From: Andalucia godoyi And28
Lineage: Eukaryota > Protista > Jakobida
Reading direction: 5' to 3'
Assembly (NCBI GenBank): GCA_009859145.1
Contig: VRVR01000020.1
Coordinates: 115,035 to 179,034, forward strand
DNA length: 64,000 bases
Shown: in pieces, positions 52,049 to 62,434 of the stretch
Position numbering within the stretch: the stretch's first letter is position 1
Layout: each line of letters begins with the position of its first letter
The notes under the pieces: model-generated
What the model saw: only the letters and a program-made list of their open reading frames with translations
Databases searched by the model: none
What the model was told of the DNA's origin: nothing
Made by a program: the position numbers and the translations under genes

Positions 52049-52668
52049 ATGCCTTCTGTGAGTCGACTTCGTGAATTTGACGAGATCCACAGCCGCCTTC
52101 GTCAATCCGGAGATCCGCAATATCAATCCCCCTTTTCTGCGTCTGCATTGGCCGCGTCTTCGAGTCCTGGAAATTCGACGTTTCACAAGCACGCAGCAGC
52201 GCTCACATCTGATTTGAACCGGACGACAGCGAAGTTGCAGCAATTAACAACTCTTGCCTCCTCAAAGTCGCTGTTTGCGTATCCAGCAGCGCAAATTGAA
52301 GAACTGACGTATATTATCAAGCAGGATATTTCTGTATTGTCTGCACGGCTAGACGATTTGCAAACGTTTGTCAAGCAAAGCGTGTCCAACAGCAACAAGC
52401 AACAAGTGGAGCACTCGGAGCATGTTGTAGGAGGAATAAAGGCTGCGTTGATGGATGCTACGAAAATGTTCCAAGGCGTCTTGCAGCAGAGTTCATCCAC
52501 AATGAAGAAACAAGAGGGACGAAGATCCAGGTTTGTCCACACTGCTCCGCTTTCCCCGTCGTCGGGAATCGCAAATAGCAGCGGTGCAAATGCAGGGTCT
52601 CCGGCGAATACAGGCACTGCGAACACTCGAAAGACTCTGTCATCGCATGCGTCTCCACATGGCCATAT

Positions 52669-52702
<34 letters not shown>

Positions 52703-53110
52703 CATAGCAACATTGCCGGCAGCAGTTTGCTCAAGAACCAACACAGCAGCAGCACCGGTGGTGATGATGTTGAAGAGATTCCGAGACAACGACAGACGCA
52801 GATGATGCAAGTTGGAGTGACTGCAGATGCGCAGTACTACGAGTCCAGAGCAGAAGCGGTGCAGAACATCGAATCTACAATAGTAGAATTGGGCGCGATG
52901 TTCCAGCAGCTCGCTTCGATGGTCGCGGAGCAGCAGGATACCGTACAGAGAATAGACACCGATATCGAGAACACGCTGGTCAATGTGGAGGCAGGCCATA
53001 ATGAGCTCGTGAAATTGTACAACTCCTTGTCCTCGAATCGGTGGCTTATTTTGAAAGTATTCGCGGTGCTGCTGGTGTTCATCATCTTCTTCACTGTCGT
53101 CGTGGCCTAG
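52049..53110 (+). CDS. STX5: Syntaxin 5 (Sed5)
   Basis: RLREF N-peptide, SKSLFAYPAAQIEELTYIIKQDI, SNARE motif VQNIESTIVELGAMFQQLASMVAEQ and a C-terminal TM helix. Confidence 0.95.
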
Positions 53111-53394
53111 AATGTGTTTTTATTCTGTGAAAATGCGGAATGCAGAGGGACGGGGTGTTGGAATGCATGTGTCGTTTCTCCCTCCCCTTTTTTCTTCAAA
53201 TGATAAAATAGCAAATCAACAAAAATAGATAATAATGGCAACAAAATAAAAATATATAAAGGTGAAATAAAAGTAAAATTAAAGAATAAATTTGAATAAT
53301 AAAAAAAACGAAGCAAAGCAGGAATGCAGCCTCGCTTCGTTGAAGAAATATTGGCAGTCTATTTTCTAAGAAAGCAAAGAGAGAGGCACATAGC

Positions 53395-53434
<40 letters not shown>

Positions 53435-53572
53435 AGAATGACAGACAACGACCGGGAATCCACAAACACAAAAAGGTACACATGCTGGCAAGACACACAG
53501 GGTCTCAAACATAACCTCAAAAATCAACTACGTGGTAAATAACAAACGGGGGCGACACCATCAACCCCATGG

Positions 53573-55033
53573 CTAGGGGCGCAAAGGCGAGATCAAAACG
53601 GTCGTCTCGTCTGTTTCCGCGTCGTCGCCCTCTAAAGCGGAAACATCCGTCGGTGCAGTCGCCGGTTCAATTCGTTCGACATCTCCCTTTCCAGCCGCGC
53701 CGGGTGAGGAAATCAATCTGGGAACGAAGAGCAAGGAGACAAAAGCACCAATTGCACCAAGAACCAAAGCACCGCGGATGGAATCCTTGTCGCCGAACAG
53801 CGTGACAAGAATTGGACCCAAGGAGGCCATCAAACACTGAGGCAACACAATGAAGATATTGAGAGCACCCATGTAGAGCCCACGCTCGGCACTTGGGGCA
53901 ATCTGTGCCGTGAGGGCGAAGGGGACCGTCATCGTAACTGACCACGGAAAGCCCATCAATCCAATCACTGCAACCGCGCCATACGTGTTCGTCACAAACA
54001 GCGTGGAAAGGAGCAGCGCACCCAGTGCGAGTTCCCCAAGAGCCCAGCAAACCTTGTTTCCAAATCGTTCTGCAATCCAGGCAACCAGTGGTGATGTGAT
54101 TGCGGAGACGCCTGCATAGAACGCAAGGCCAAACGATCCCATCCGCACTCCCTCCGTGTAGCGCTTGTACGAGTCCGAATCATGGTCCGCCTGGGGATCT
54201 CCGTCGTTGACAACCGTACCAACCCATGTTGTAATGTAGATCAAAAATGCAAACCACGCGAACCACGAAAAGAAATTGACGACGCAGACGCGACCAAGTG
54301 TCTTCGGCATGTGGCGGATCAGCACAAAAATTTTGGAGAAGATAGGGGGTCTCTTGTACTGGCTCACATCGACGCCAGGCGGAAGCTGCAGGGGCTCTTC
54401 CTTTGTGAAGAAACACGTGATCGACACTGTAATAAGCAAAAAGAAGATTGCAATCACGAAGGCACAGCGCAAGTTTCCACACGCTTCGTCGCAGGTCGAA
54501 GTCGTCCAGAACGGCATCCAGTCCACCCACGGGGCCCATCCAGCCATGTATCCAAGGATGTTTCCAACAGCTAGCCAGACCGAAAACACTGCATTTCCAC
54601 GCTCCTGCTGCTCGGGCCGTGCAATATCCGCCAGCAGGGCTCTACAGGGGCCCTGAAGAGTGTTGTTTGCAAGATCCAAGATCCAGAATCCAAGTACCGC
54701 GAGCACGAGCGCTCCTGGATTGTTGTGCTTTGTGTCACCCATCAAATGGCCCAGATCAGGTGCATTTGGAATCAGCACAAGTGCAAGAACAATGAAAATA
54801 GCTCCAATGATGATAAATGGACGGCGCCTCCCCATCGTGAACGTAGCATAATCCGAGTACACTCCAACTGTGGGCTGCACCACAAAGCCAGAAATCGGCC
54901 CGCAAAGCCAAACAAGCGTGATCCATATTTGCGGAAGACCAAGTTCAAGGATGAACGGCGTCAATAACGAAATCTGCAATGCCCAGCCAAACTGCACACC
55001 CGCAAAGCACATACTACGAAACTCACCCGGCAT
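53573..55033 (-). CDS. Sucrose/H+ symporter family (SUT/SUC, SLC45-like) MFS transporter
   Basis: GVQFGWALQISLLTP, WLCGPISGFVVQPTVGVYSD, GRRRPFI, FWILDLANNTLQGPCRALLAD and GLYMGALNIFIVLPQ. Confidence 0.92.
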   Translation of the reverse strand: MPGEFRSMCFAGVQFGWALQISLLTPFILELGLPQIWITLVWLCGPISGFVVQPTVGVYSDYATFTMGRRRPFIIIGAIFIVLALVLIPNAPDLGHLMGDTKHNNPGALVLAVLGFWILDLANNTLQGPCRALLADIARPEQQERGNAVFSVWLAVGNILGYMAGWAPWVDWMPFWTTSTCDEACGNLRCAFVIAIFFLLITVSITCFFTKEEPLQLPPGVDVSQYKRPPIFSKIFVLIRHMPKTLGRVCVVNFFSWFAWFAFLIYITTWVGTVVNDGDPQADHDSDSYKRYTEGVRMGSFGLAFYAGVSAITSPLVAWIAERFGNKVCWALGELALGALLLSTLFVTNTYGAVAVIGLMGFPWSVTMTVPFALTAQIAPSAERGLYMGALNIFIVLPQCLMASLGPILVTLFGDKDSIRGALVLGAIGAFVSLLFVPRLISSPGAAGKGDVERIEPATAPTDVSALEGDDAETDETTVLISPLRP

Positions 55034-55326
55034 ATTTTCTCAAAAACACACAACCACAATCACACAAAACTGGTCAGAATTCAGGAAGAAGACACCAAAA
55101 CAGCAACAAACACACACCGTACCGTACCGTACGGAAACGAAACGGTAGCGGTAACGGAAAATGAATTAAAATGCAACATACGTAGAGATAATCATTTGCT
55201 TCAACGAAGCGGACGGTAGATTCTTCAGTCGCAGAAGCGGATGCACTTCATTCGACACGTGTCCTCCACCAGCCATGTCTTCTCTCTGGTACACACTATT
55301 CTCCTCCTCGCCCTTGTCCCTCGTTG

Positions 55327-55360
55327 TCTTCTTCTTCTTCTTCTTCTTCTTCTTCTTCTT
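55327..55360. repeat. (TTC)n microsatellite
   Basis: Read directly. Confidence 0.95.
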
Positions 55361-55701
55361 TCTTTTTTTTCTCGCAGTAGAAGTGGTTATAGAAAGTGGC
55401 AAGTAGTAAGAAGAGAATAACACTAACATCCATACAAGATGAAGAAGAAGAAGAAGAAGGAAAAAATGCGGAAAAAATTCCGCTGAATTTCCACCGCCTT
55501 GCATCAAGCATCAAGTGTGAACGTCTGCTTAAAGCCTACACACGATGCGAGGTTTCTTATTAAGGGGGTTTCGATCGAGGACTCTCCCTTTATTTCACAT
55601 GTCTCGTCTTACGTTTTCTTTCTCTGCTTCAAAATTCTTTTCATACATTAAACATAGTGCTTCTATTAGACCGAGTACATTGACTCACCAAGACAGTAGA
55701 C

Positions 55702-55857
55702 ATGTCTCTCGGATTCGCTCTTGCGCAGTTCTCCAAGCCGCACGTCCGCCCGTTCATCATCGGCTTCGGAGCAGCCTTTGCGCTCATCTTCTCGATCCCT
55801 GTGTCTCACGAAGACGAGAAGAAGTCGCAGTTTACGAACCCGCATACGCACCATTAA
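55702..55857 (+). CDS. 51-aa protein, probable mitochondrial ATP synthase subunit i/j (Atp18/6.8PL/plant 6-kDa)
   Basis: MSLGFALAQFSKPHVRPFIIGFGAAFALIFSIPVSHEDEKKSQFTNPHTHH*. The PF-x-x-GF TM segment followed by ED-x-K-x-S-x-F-x-NP resembles that family. It falls below the ORF-track cutoff. Confidence 0.72.
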   Translation: MSLGFALAQFSKPHVRPFIIGFGAAFALIFSIPVSHEDEKKSQFTNPHTHH

Positions 55858-56225
55858 TAGAGAACAAAGACGGGAGAAAAAGAGGGGGAGACCCTGCCAT
55901 TGTCATCGTCGGGCTTTCTCTCTTTCGGCTTCGCCTGCGCGCCTGTCTGCTTGCCTATGTTGAATAATAATATTCTTGTCAAGTTTGCAATCCCAGATGT
56001 TTCATAGTTTATAAAAGAGGAAAGAGAAAAAGAGATCCGCCTAGTCGTCTTGGAACGACACTCGTCTGTTGCGTCCTTCTTTCTAGCTTTTTGGCGCCCT
56101 TTCCAATACAACTGCGGTCTGAAGAAGCGCAGAGGAATACGACGCATGAATGTTTCAGGCAGTTGACACGCCACACCAAGGCGGACAGTGAGTGTATGTT
56201 TGAGTGTGCTGCGTTGTGTGACATG

Positions 56226-56269
<44 letters not shown>

Positions 56270-56307
56270 TAGATAGATAGATAGAGATACACGCACACAC
56301 ACACACA

Positions 56308-56360
<53 letters not shown>
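56226..56360. repeat. Compound microsatellite (GACA)n(GATA)n(CA)n
   Basis: Read directly. Confidence 0.97.
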
Positions 56361-56362
<2 letters not shown>

Positions 56363-56368
56363 GGACGA

Positions 56369-56629
56369 TCATGCTCCACATCCAAAGTTGAAGATGCCGG
56401 CAGCGACCATGATGGCCATTCCATACACAAAGGGCATCAGCGCCCCTGGCCAGGTCACGTTCTCAATGCGTCCATGAATCTTTTCATAGGATATGTAGCT
56501 CGCGTACGCAAAACACGTAAGACAGACCACAAGAGACAGCACGAGCAGCGATTCTCCAAACGTTGTGGGTCGGATCTCGGAGAACGATCGCGGAAACAGT
56601 GGCTCGCGTCGTCGCTTCGATCGTAGCAT
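56369..56629 (-). CDS. Small two-TM membrane protein (86 aa)
   Basis: From ATG 56629: a basic N-terminus followed by two hydrophobic helices. Confidence 0.55.
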   Translation of the reverse strand: MLRSKRRREPLFPRSFSEIRPTTFGESLLVLSLVVCLTCFAYASYISYEKIHGRIENVTWPGALMPFVYGMAIMVAAGIFNFGCGA

Positions 56630-56894
56630 CTTTTCCGCCACAACCGGTTACCAGAGGGAAAAACAAAATGCAAAAATCCGTGAAAACTTCAAGAAGTTGC
56701 CAGTTGCCTCCTTAATTTTTTTATACACCCGCCTGCGATACACTGCATCAATACGAATTGGTTCTAATTGGTATCGGCTAGAGGACAGGTACCAGCACAA
56801 TCAGACGCGGGAGTCATGATAAAAAGGGTATGTATGCATGAGTATATGTATGAATATGTGTATATATATGTGTGTGTGTGTGCGTGCGTGCGTG

Positions 56895-58499
56895 TTAGGC
56901 ACGATACTTGACTTCTTGGACGGTCATAGCATCGTATTCTTGCCGCGACATTGTATCGAGAGGGAGTGGTGCAGGTCGATTCAGTTTGACGGCCTGACCA
57001 TCGGGACTCACCGTATGACCTTCTGGCGACTTTCTTCGGAGCCACTTTGCACATTCTTCAGACGAATCAAACCCCAGCCAATCACTCATGGTCTTGATTG
57101 AAATTGCCGCGGCGTCGAAAGAGCAGAGGGTGTTGTCCAGCTGTGACAGCACGCGGAAACGAAAATAGCGGACGGCGTCAATGGAACCAAGACGTCCCGC
57201 GTGAAATACAGAGTCGATGAGTCGAATTAAGATGTTGTACCTCCCCGAGAAGAACAACTGCACAGCACGGATGGCCTGTTTGCATATTGCAGGCTTCGTC
57301 ATCGATCTTTCAAACAGTACCAACACTCGCAAGGCCTCGTTTGCGTAATGATACGTCTCTCGTTTCTTGAGCGCCTGGCACACCGCGCAAAACAACACCT
57401 CCTCTGCCGCAGTGAAGGACAGTGGAGAGGAGAAATGGCCAGATGTATACAGCTCAAAAAGAACCAATGCGCAATCCCAGAATTCAGCGTCTCGGCGGGC
57501 CATCAGAGCCATGCGCAAGTGCATTTCTAAGACACTCACCAAAAACGGTCCAATTTTTTTTTGTACAAGCAAATCTCGTTCAATTGCTCGAAGCTCGGGA
57601 AGCAGCGCAGACAGCTCCTGTGGATTCGAAAGACGTTCTCTTGCTAGCACATGCGAACCTTCCATCAGCCCTGCTTGCGCCCCCGCATCCGCTGTGGATC
57701 CTCCAAACAAGCACAAGCACATCAGCTGATCAAACGCTCGTTTGAGAACGCGCTCAGGTCGCACAGATGCCATATCGACGTTAAAAAACGAAAACGACGG
57801 CCGCACAAAAGTCTCCATACGAGTTCCTTCGCATGGTCCCGAGGATCCATAAATGGTGGAAAGGGGATCCAAACCGAACGCAACTCGAGTCGACTGCGTC
57901 ACCCGTATCCGCTTTGGCAATGGAGCTTCCAGACTCTGTTCCTGCTCAATGGTGGATCTCCAACTCAACCAATCCAAAACTTCATTCAGGCGCTCATCGT
58001 CGTCTCTCCAATAAGATCCCGTGTTCTTCTTGATCCAATCTTGGCATTGCTCCAAGTTTGAAAATGAGGATATCCCAGCGGACGTCAGTTTGTACACTAC
58101 TAGCCGCGCTTCCGAAGAGAGATTCATGCATGCAGACAATGCCTGGTCATCAAAAAGAGCCAAACATCGGCCCTCCAGATTGAAGTCGCACACATTTCGC
58201 TGATTCGTCGGAATGCAAGGAAACACGTCGTCCACCAAAAACAGCGGTTCGTACTTATGATGACGAATCGAAACCTGGAGCAGTTTCTTCTCATACACAA
58301 GCTCCCTGAAAGTCAGATTGCTATAAAAGCGTATGCACGCGCACCGCCCAAACGACTCGTTCTTCTCATGCGAGGACATGTGCAAATCGTACCATGGAAG
58401 CGCCTTTCCTTCCACAACGAGTCGCATGCATTCGTCAATATCGCGGGAGACCACTTCTTCAGCAAGATTAGGAATTAAAATAATACCAGAATCCAGCAT
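56895..58499 (-). CDS. SAC3/GANP/THP3 (LENG8-like) PCI-domain protein
   Basis: VRPERVLKRAF, LRAIERDLLVQKKIGPFLVSVLEMHLRMAL...EFWDC and a C-terminal winged-helix-like region (WLGFDSSEECAKWL). Confidence 0.8.
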   Translation of the reverse strand: MLDSGIILIPNLAEEVVSRDIDECMRLVVEGKALPWYDLHMSSHEKNESFGRCACIRFYSNLTFRELVYEKKLLQVSIRHHKYEPLFLVDDVFPCIPTNQRNVCDFNLEGRCLALFDDQALSACMNLSSEARLVVYKLTSAGISSFSNLEQCQDWIKKNTGSYWRDDDERLNEVLDWLSWRSTIEQEQSLEAPLPKRIRVTQSTRVAFGLDPLSTIYGSSGPCEGTRMETFVRPSFSFFNVDMASVRPERVLKRAFDQLMCLCLFGGSTADAGAQAGLMEGSHVLARERLSNPQELSALLPELRAIERDLLVQKKIGPFLVSVLEMHLRMALMARRDAEFWDCALVLFELYTSGHFSSPLSFTAAEEVLFCAVCQALKKRETYHYANEALRVLVLFERSMTKPAICKQAIRAVQLFFSGRYNILIRLIDSVFHAGRLGSIDAVRYFRFRVLSQLDNTLCSFDAAAISIKTMSDWLGFDSSEECAKWLRRKSPEGHTVSPDGQAVKLNRPAPLPLDTMSRQEYDAMTVQEVKYRA

Positions 58500-58834
58500 T
58501 CTCTTTTTCGTCTTCTGCTTCTTTTCAAAAAACTTCCCCCTCCTCAACGCGTGATATCCCGCAAACTCCTGATCAATAAAAAGGAATATGTGATGCAAAT
58601 TCCCAATACCCACAGAGTGGACACAGTGCGGCGCTTTCTCTGAAATCTGTTGCCGCCGCACATATATTATACAGCTGGTCCGTTTCATTTTTGCTGTATG
58701 TTAAACAGAAATTTAAAAAAAAAGGGAGGAAAAGGAAAACGGAAAAGACGACGAGAGAGAGAGAGAGAGAGAGAGAAAAACACACTGGAAAAAAAATCAA
58801 AAAAACCAAATGAAAGATCAGTCCCTTCCTTCGT

Positions 58835-60088
58835 TTATGCGCAAACCTTGTTGACGGTATCGACGAGCGAAGCCTTGTTGGTCGGGGTCATGCAGATGTC
58901 CGAGAAGAGCTTGAATGCATTGAGTGCATGGTCGGACAAGGTTTTGCACGACTTGATGTATGCACGCTGAGCAGACTCGATGCAGTCTGCGTCGCCAACC
59001 GACTGGAAGCACGACGGGTCGTCTGAGCGAACGGTTTTCTTGACATTGAACTTTTCTGCAATGGCAGCAAAGCGGGCCTTCACCACGTTCTGCTCCTTGA
59101 GGTCTGCATTATACTCGGCAATGAGTTCCTCCCGGGCTGCACCAACTGCCGTTTCGAGTCTCTTTTCAATCGTGCGGCGGCGAGAGAGGTGCATCTCCAC
59201 TGGATCGCGGTCCTCCGGCACAACCTTCCTGGCCGACTTTCCAAAACCAGTAGCCTTGGTCGAACCGATGAAGAGTCCCATTGCATCCGAGGCAACCGAC
59301 AAATCACCATACTGGCAGACATTGGACTGAGTCACAAGGGGCTGGACTGCATTGTAGTCTGACTGGAAAGTATAGCTGTTGAGTGCACTCTGGTGAGCGC
59401 GAACGTCGTTGGTCCACTGGTACGCAAAGCAATCGTTCAGATACGTCGCAACCTTGGAGTTGTAATCGCATGCATACGAAGAGGTCGTCGGGTTGGCAGC
59501 AGTCACCATGTAGACGTTCGGGAAGTCCTTCTGGAACGGAAGACCCATGGATCCAGATTCGCAGGCCTCGATGTAGAACACAAGCTTCTTGTACTTCATC
59601 TTCTTCACGGCGGTCACCAGCTGTGTTGCGCTGAGCAAGTCATCGAGAATGGCAACGGCATTCGTTGTGCCGTGGTCAAAGAAGGCAACCGTGACAAAGT
59701 CGTTCTCGGTAGACTTGATCGATCCGCAACCCTTCACATCCACTCCAGTAAGAATCTTCAAAACATTGTCCACAGTAACCACGGATCCCGTGCAAGTCGT
59801 CGGAACATTTGCAAACACATCCGGTCCAAGCGTACCGTTGTTGTCCCAGTTGAACACCTTGCCCTTGAACGGGTTCTGGTCGCTGTTCGCAATATCATTG
59901 TAGTGCATCAAAATAATATTTGACGCAGGAATTCCATTGGCGCGGAAGATCTGGTACGCAGCATACGAATCTGCTTGATGACGATAGTTGTAGAAACCGT
60001 TCGATCCAGCAATGATGAACGCCCACTGTGCAGCACATGCCGTCCCAACAAGGGCCAGCAGTGCAACAGCAAGAACTGCAGCACGCAT
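58835..60088 (-). CDS. LGMN: Legumain / asparaginyl endopeptidase (C13) precursor
   Basis: Signal peptide, AGSNGFYNYRHQAD, catalytic DHG and EACESGSM, TAANPTTSSYAC and a C-terminal prodomain. Confidence 0.95.
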   Translation of the reverse strand: MRAAVLAVALLALVGTACAAQWAFIIAGSNGFYNYRHQADSYAAYQIFRANGIPASNIILMHYNDIANSDQNPFKGKVFNWDNNGTLGPDVFANVPTTCTGSVVTVDNVLKILTGVDVKGCGSIKSTENDFVTVAFFDHGTTNAVAILDDLLSATQLVTAVKKMKYKKLVFYIEACESGSMGLPFQKDFPNVYMVTAANPTTSSYACDYNSKVATYLNDCFAYQWTNDVRAHQSALNSYTFQSDYNAVQPLVTQSNVCQYGDLSVASDAMGLFIGSTKATGFGKSARKVVPEDRDPVEMHLSRRRTIEKRLETAVGAAREELIAEYNADLKEQNVVKARFAAIAEKFNVKKTVRSDDPSCFQSVGDADCIESAQRAYIKSCKTLSDHALNAFKLFSDICMTPTNKASLVDTVNKVCA

Positions 60089-60391
60089 TCTGACTTTTGA
60101 GAAGAGAAAACACGAGAGAGGACACGCAAGAAGAAAGAGAAAAGCCAATCAAATATAAAGCAAAACGACAAGAATAAAGAAGAGAAGAAGAAAACGAAAT
60201 CCTCAAACGGGAATTCCCATGGAATGCTGCTGCTGCTGCCAGCGGACAGATTTTTCTTTTCCCCGGGCAAAGCGGGGGCCGCAAAGGTCAAAAAGTGGGT
60301 TTCATGCGTAAGGGAATCCTCGAACTCTGGGGTTCGCAGACTAGTGGGTTTCCCCCCTCTTTTACAGTGGATTGTTTTTTTTTTTGGTGAC

Positions 60392-60444
60392 GATGAGGAT
60401 GAGGATGAGGATGAGGATGAGGATGAGGATGAGGATGAGGATGA
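60392..60444. repeat. (GATGAG)n hexamer repeat, about 8-9 copies
   Basis: Read directly. Confidence 0.95.
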
Positions 60445-60590
60445 CGGTCACACAGCAAGATGGGAAGATGTAGGAAACAGATTGCAGACGCGACGCGATG
60501 GATAAACAAGTGATATTTAAAAAATAAAATAAAATAGGAGAAGGGCCAGATGAAACGGGGGATATAAATAGAGACCAGAAGATGCTATGA

Positions 60591-61961
60591 CTAGTCTGTC
60601 ATGGAAGGAAAGAATTTGAAGACATAGTGGAAGATGCCGAGCATGAAGGGCCGGACCCAACGGGCAAAGAATCCTGTTGCGTGGATCATATGCGTGGACT
60701 GGATGGATCCAGCGACGACGGCGGCTGCGCGATTCGCCATTTTCAAATCATATTCTTGAGTCAGGAAGGCTGACACTGCGCACACAGGATCTCCGTTGTC
60801 CAATTTCTGCTTCGCTGCAATCAAGGCATCGCAGAGTTCTGCAGCATCCATAATTGCAGTGTTTGCACCAAGGCCGCGATGTGTGGTGGTTGCATGCGCA
60901 GCATCTCCAAGGATAAATACGCGTTTCAGATGTTCTGCAGAGAACTTTTGGTTGGTGAACAAAGCCTGCTTGATGGACTCTGGAGGCAACGAATAGATCT
61001 GACGCGGTCCGTACAGTCTGGAATCCGCTGGTGTTCCTTTGAGAACACCCACGACGTCTGCAGAAAAGCCATTCGACTCTACGTGCTCGCCAACCCACTG
61101 CAGCAGTTGCTGTCGGAAATGAAGCGAAAGTGCATACTCTTCTTCAAGAATCTCTTCTGGATGCATAAACCTGTTATTCCAAGCATCGATCTCACCTGGA
61201 AAGGACATCACCCACAGTAGGTGCGTCTCCGGTTCTGCCGAGGATGTCGCAATTCTGGGCTCATGGAACTGGAACATCATGACAGTATGTCCGTTCTCGC
61301 CCAGCCAGCGAACGAGTCCAGGCTTTGTGCGTTCGCGGATATAGTCCGACACATGCGAGCTTGACAGAGACACCAGTCCTGCAACTGAGGTGAAGCCCAG
61401 ATCACTGTATTTCAGTGGCTTCGAAAGGTTCTCCACTCCCGAGACATACTGCTTGCGGAACACCGAATTGGCACCGTCTGCCCCAACAATCACGTCAAAC
61501 TGCTCTGACGACCCATCGGCAAAGTGCACCGTCACTCCCTCCGATCCATCCGCAGAGTCTTCGTACCGAGTGAATTTTTTGTTCCAGAACACCCTGTTTT
61601 CAACACCTTGCAACAGAGCATCCCTGAATCTGCAGCGATCCACGAATACTCTGGCGCCCTTAATGGTTGCAAGAACCTTGTTTTGGCCGTTCAGCATTGT
61701 GAATACTTGCGATTGGTTCGGCCCGTCATGCATGATACGCTGAATGTCTGCATGGGATGGAATTCGGGTCTCAAACGCCTGGATGGCCGCATTGTTGATT
61801 CCAAGATAGTACCCTTGTCCACGACCTTCGCGGCAATCATCGCGATCAAAAACCGAAATCTCAAGCTCCGGAGACTTTGCAGCGAGAAACTGCGCCAACA
61901 CCAACCCACCAATTCCTCCTCCAATAATCCCAACCTTGTTGATTTTTGCGTCTTTGCTCAT
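60591..61961 (-). CDS. FAD-dependent monooxygenase (class A flavoprotein)
   Basis: IIGGGIGGL, VIVGADGANS and ILGDAAHATTTHRGLGANTAIMDA. The start is MSKDAK at 61961; the upstream ORF extension is microsatellite-derived. Confidence 0.92.
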   Translation of the reverse strand: MSKDAKINKVGIIGGGIGGLVLAQFLAAKSPELEISVFDRDDCREGRGQGYYLGINNAAIQAFETRIPSHADIQRIMHDGPNQSQVFTMLNGQNKVLATIKGARVFVDRCRFRDALLQGVENRVFWNKKFTRYEDSADGSEGVTVHFADGSSEQFDVIVGADGANSVFRKQYVSGVENLSKPLKYSDLGFTSVAGLVSLSSSHVSDYIRERTKPGLVRWLGENGHTVMMFQFHEPRIATSSAEPETHLLWVMSFPGEIDAWNNRFMHPEEILEEEYALSLHFRQQLLQWVGEHVESNGFSADVVGVLKGTPADSRLYGPRQIYSLPPESIKQALFTNQKFSAEHLKRVFILGDAAHATTTHRGLGANTAIMDAAELCDALIAAKQKLDNGDPVCAVSAFLTQEYDLKMANRAAAVVAGSIQSTHMIHATGFFARWVRPFMLGIFHYVFKFFPSMTD

Positions 61962-62183
61962 TCTTGTTCTTCTTGTTCTTTGTCCTCCTCTGCTCTCCAC
62001 CAAACGACAACAGATCAAAGAAAAAATATCAAGAGTTCTAGAAAGGAGGGGAAACACACGTACAAGGCAAAACAGAGAGAACCCGAAACGGGGCGGAAAC
62101 TGCAATGCGGGAATTTCCCTTTTCCGACTTCCGGCTCCCCTTTGCATATCCATTTTTGGCCTCGCGCGGCTCAAAGTAACAAC

Positions 62184-62228
<45 letters not shown>
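62184..62228. repeat. (AAT)n microsatellite
   Basis: Read directly. Confidence 0.95.
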
Positions 62229-62229
<1 letters not shown>

Positions 62230-62434
62230 GAGATGTATAGAATAAATAGTAGAGAAGTTGGGAATGCTGAAATGCCGGCCCCACAGCCACCTGAAAGACT
62301 GTGAAGGGTTGGAAAGAAAAGGTCAAACAAACGGTGTTTTATGATGATGCTACGTTCCTAGTGTTGGAAGGAACGCACTGTCGCCATCCACCCTCGTCAC
62401 AAGGGCCCAAGTGATTGCGTAGCGTGTTGTTCTA

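Noticed and set aside
61962-62330. N-terminal extensions of ORF-track proteins (also 39270-39773, 45802-45996, 58500-58688)
   Set aside because: They come from alternative-start calling through microsatellites and UTRs (poly-Ile, poly-Glu, CV repeats). Downstream ATGs match where the domains begin.
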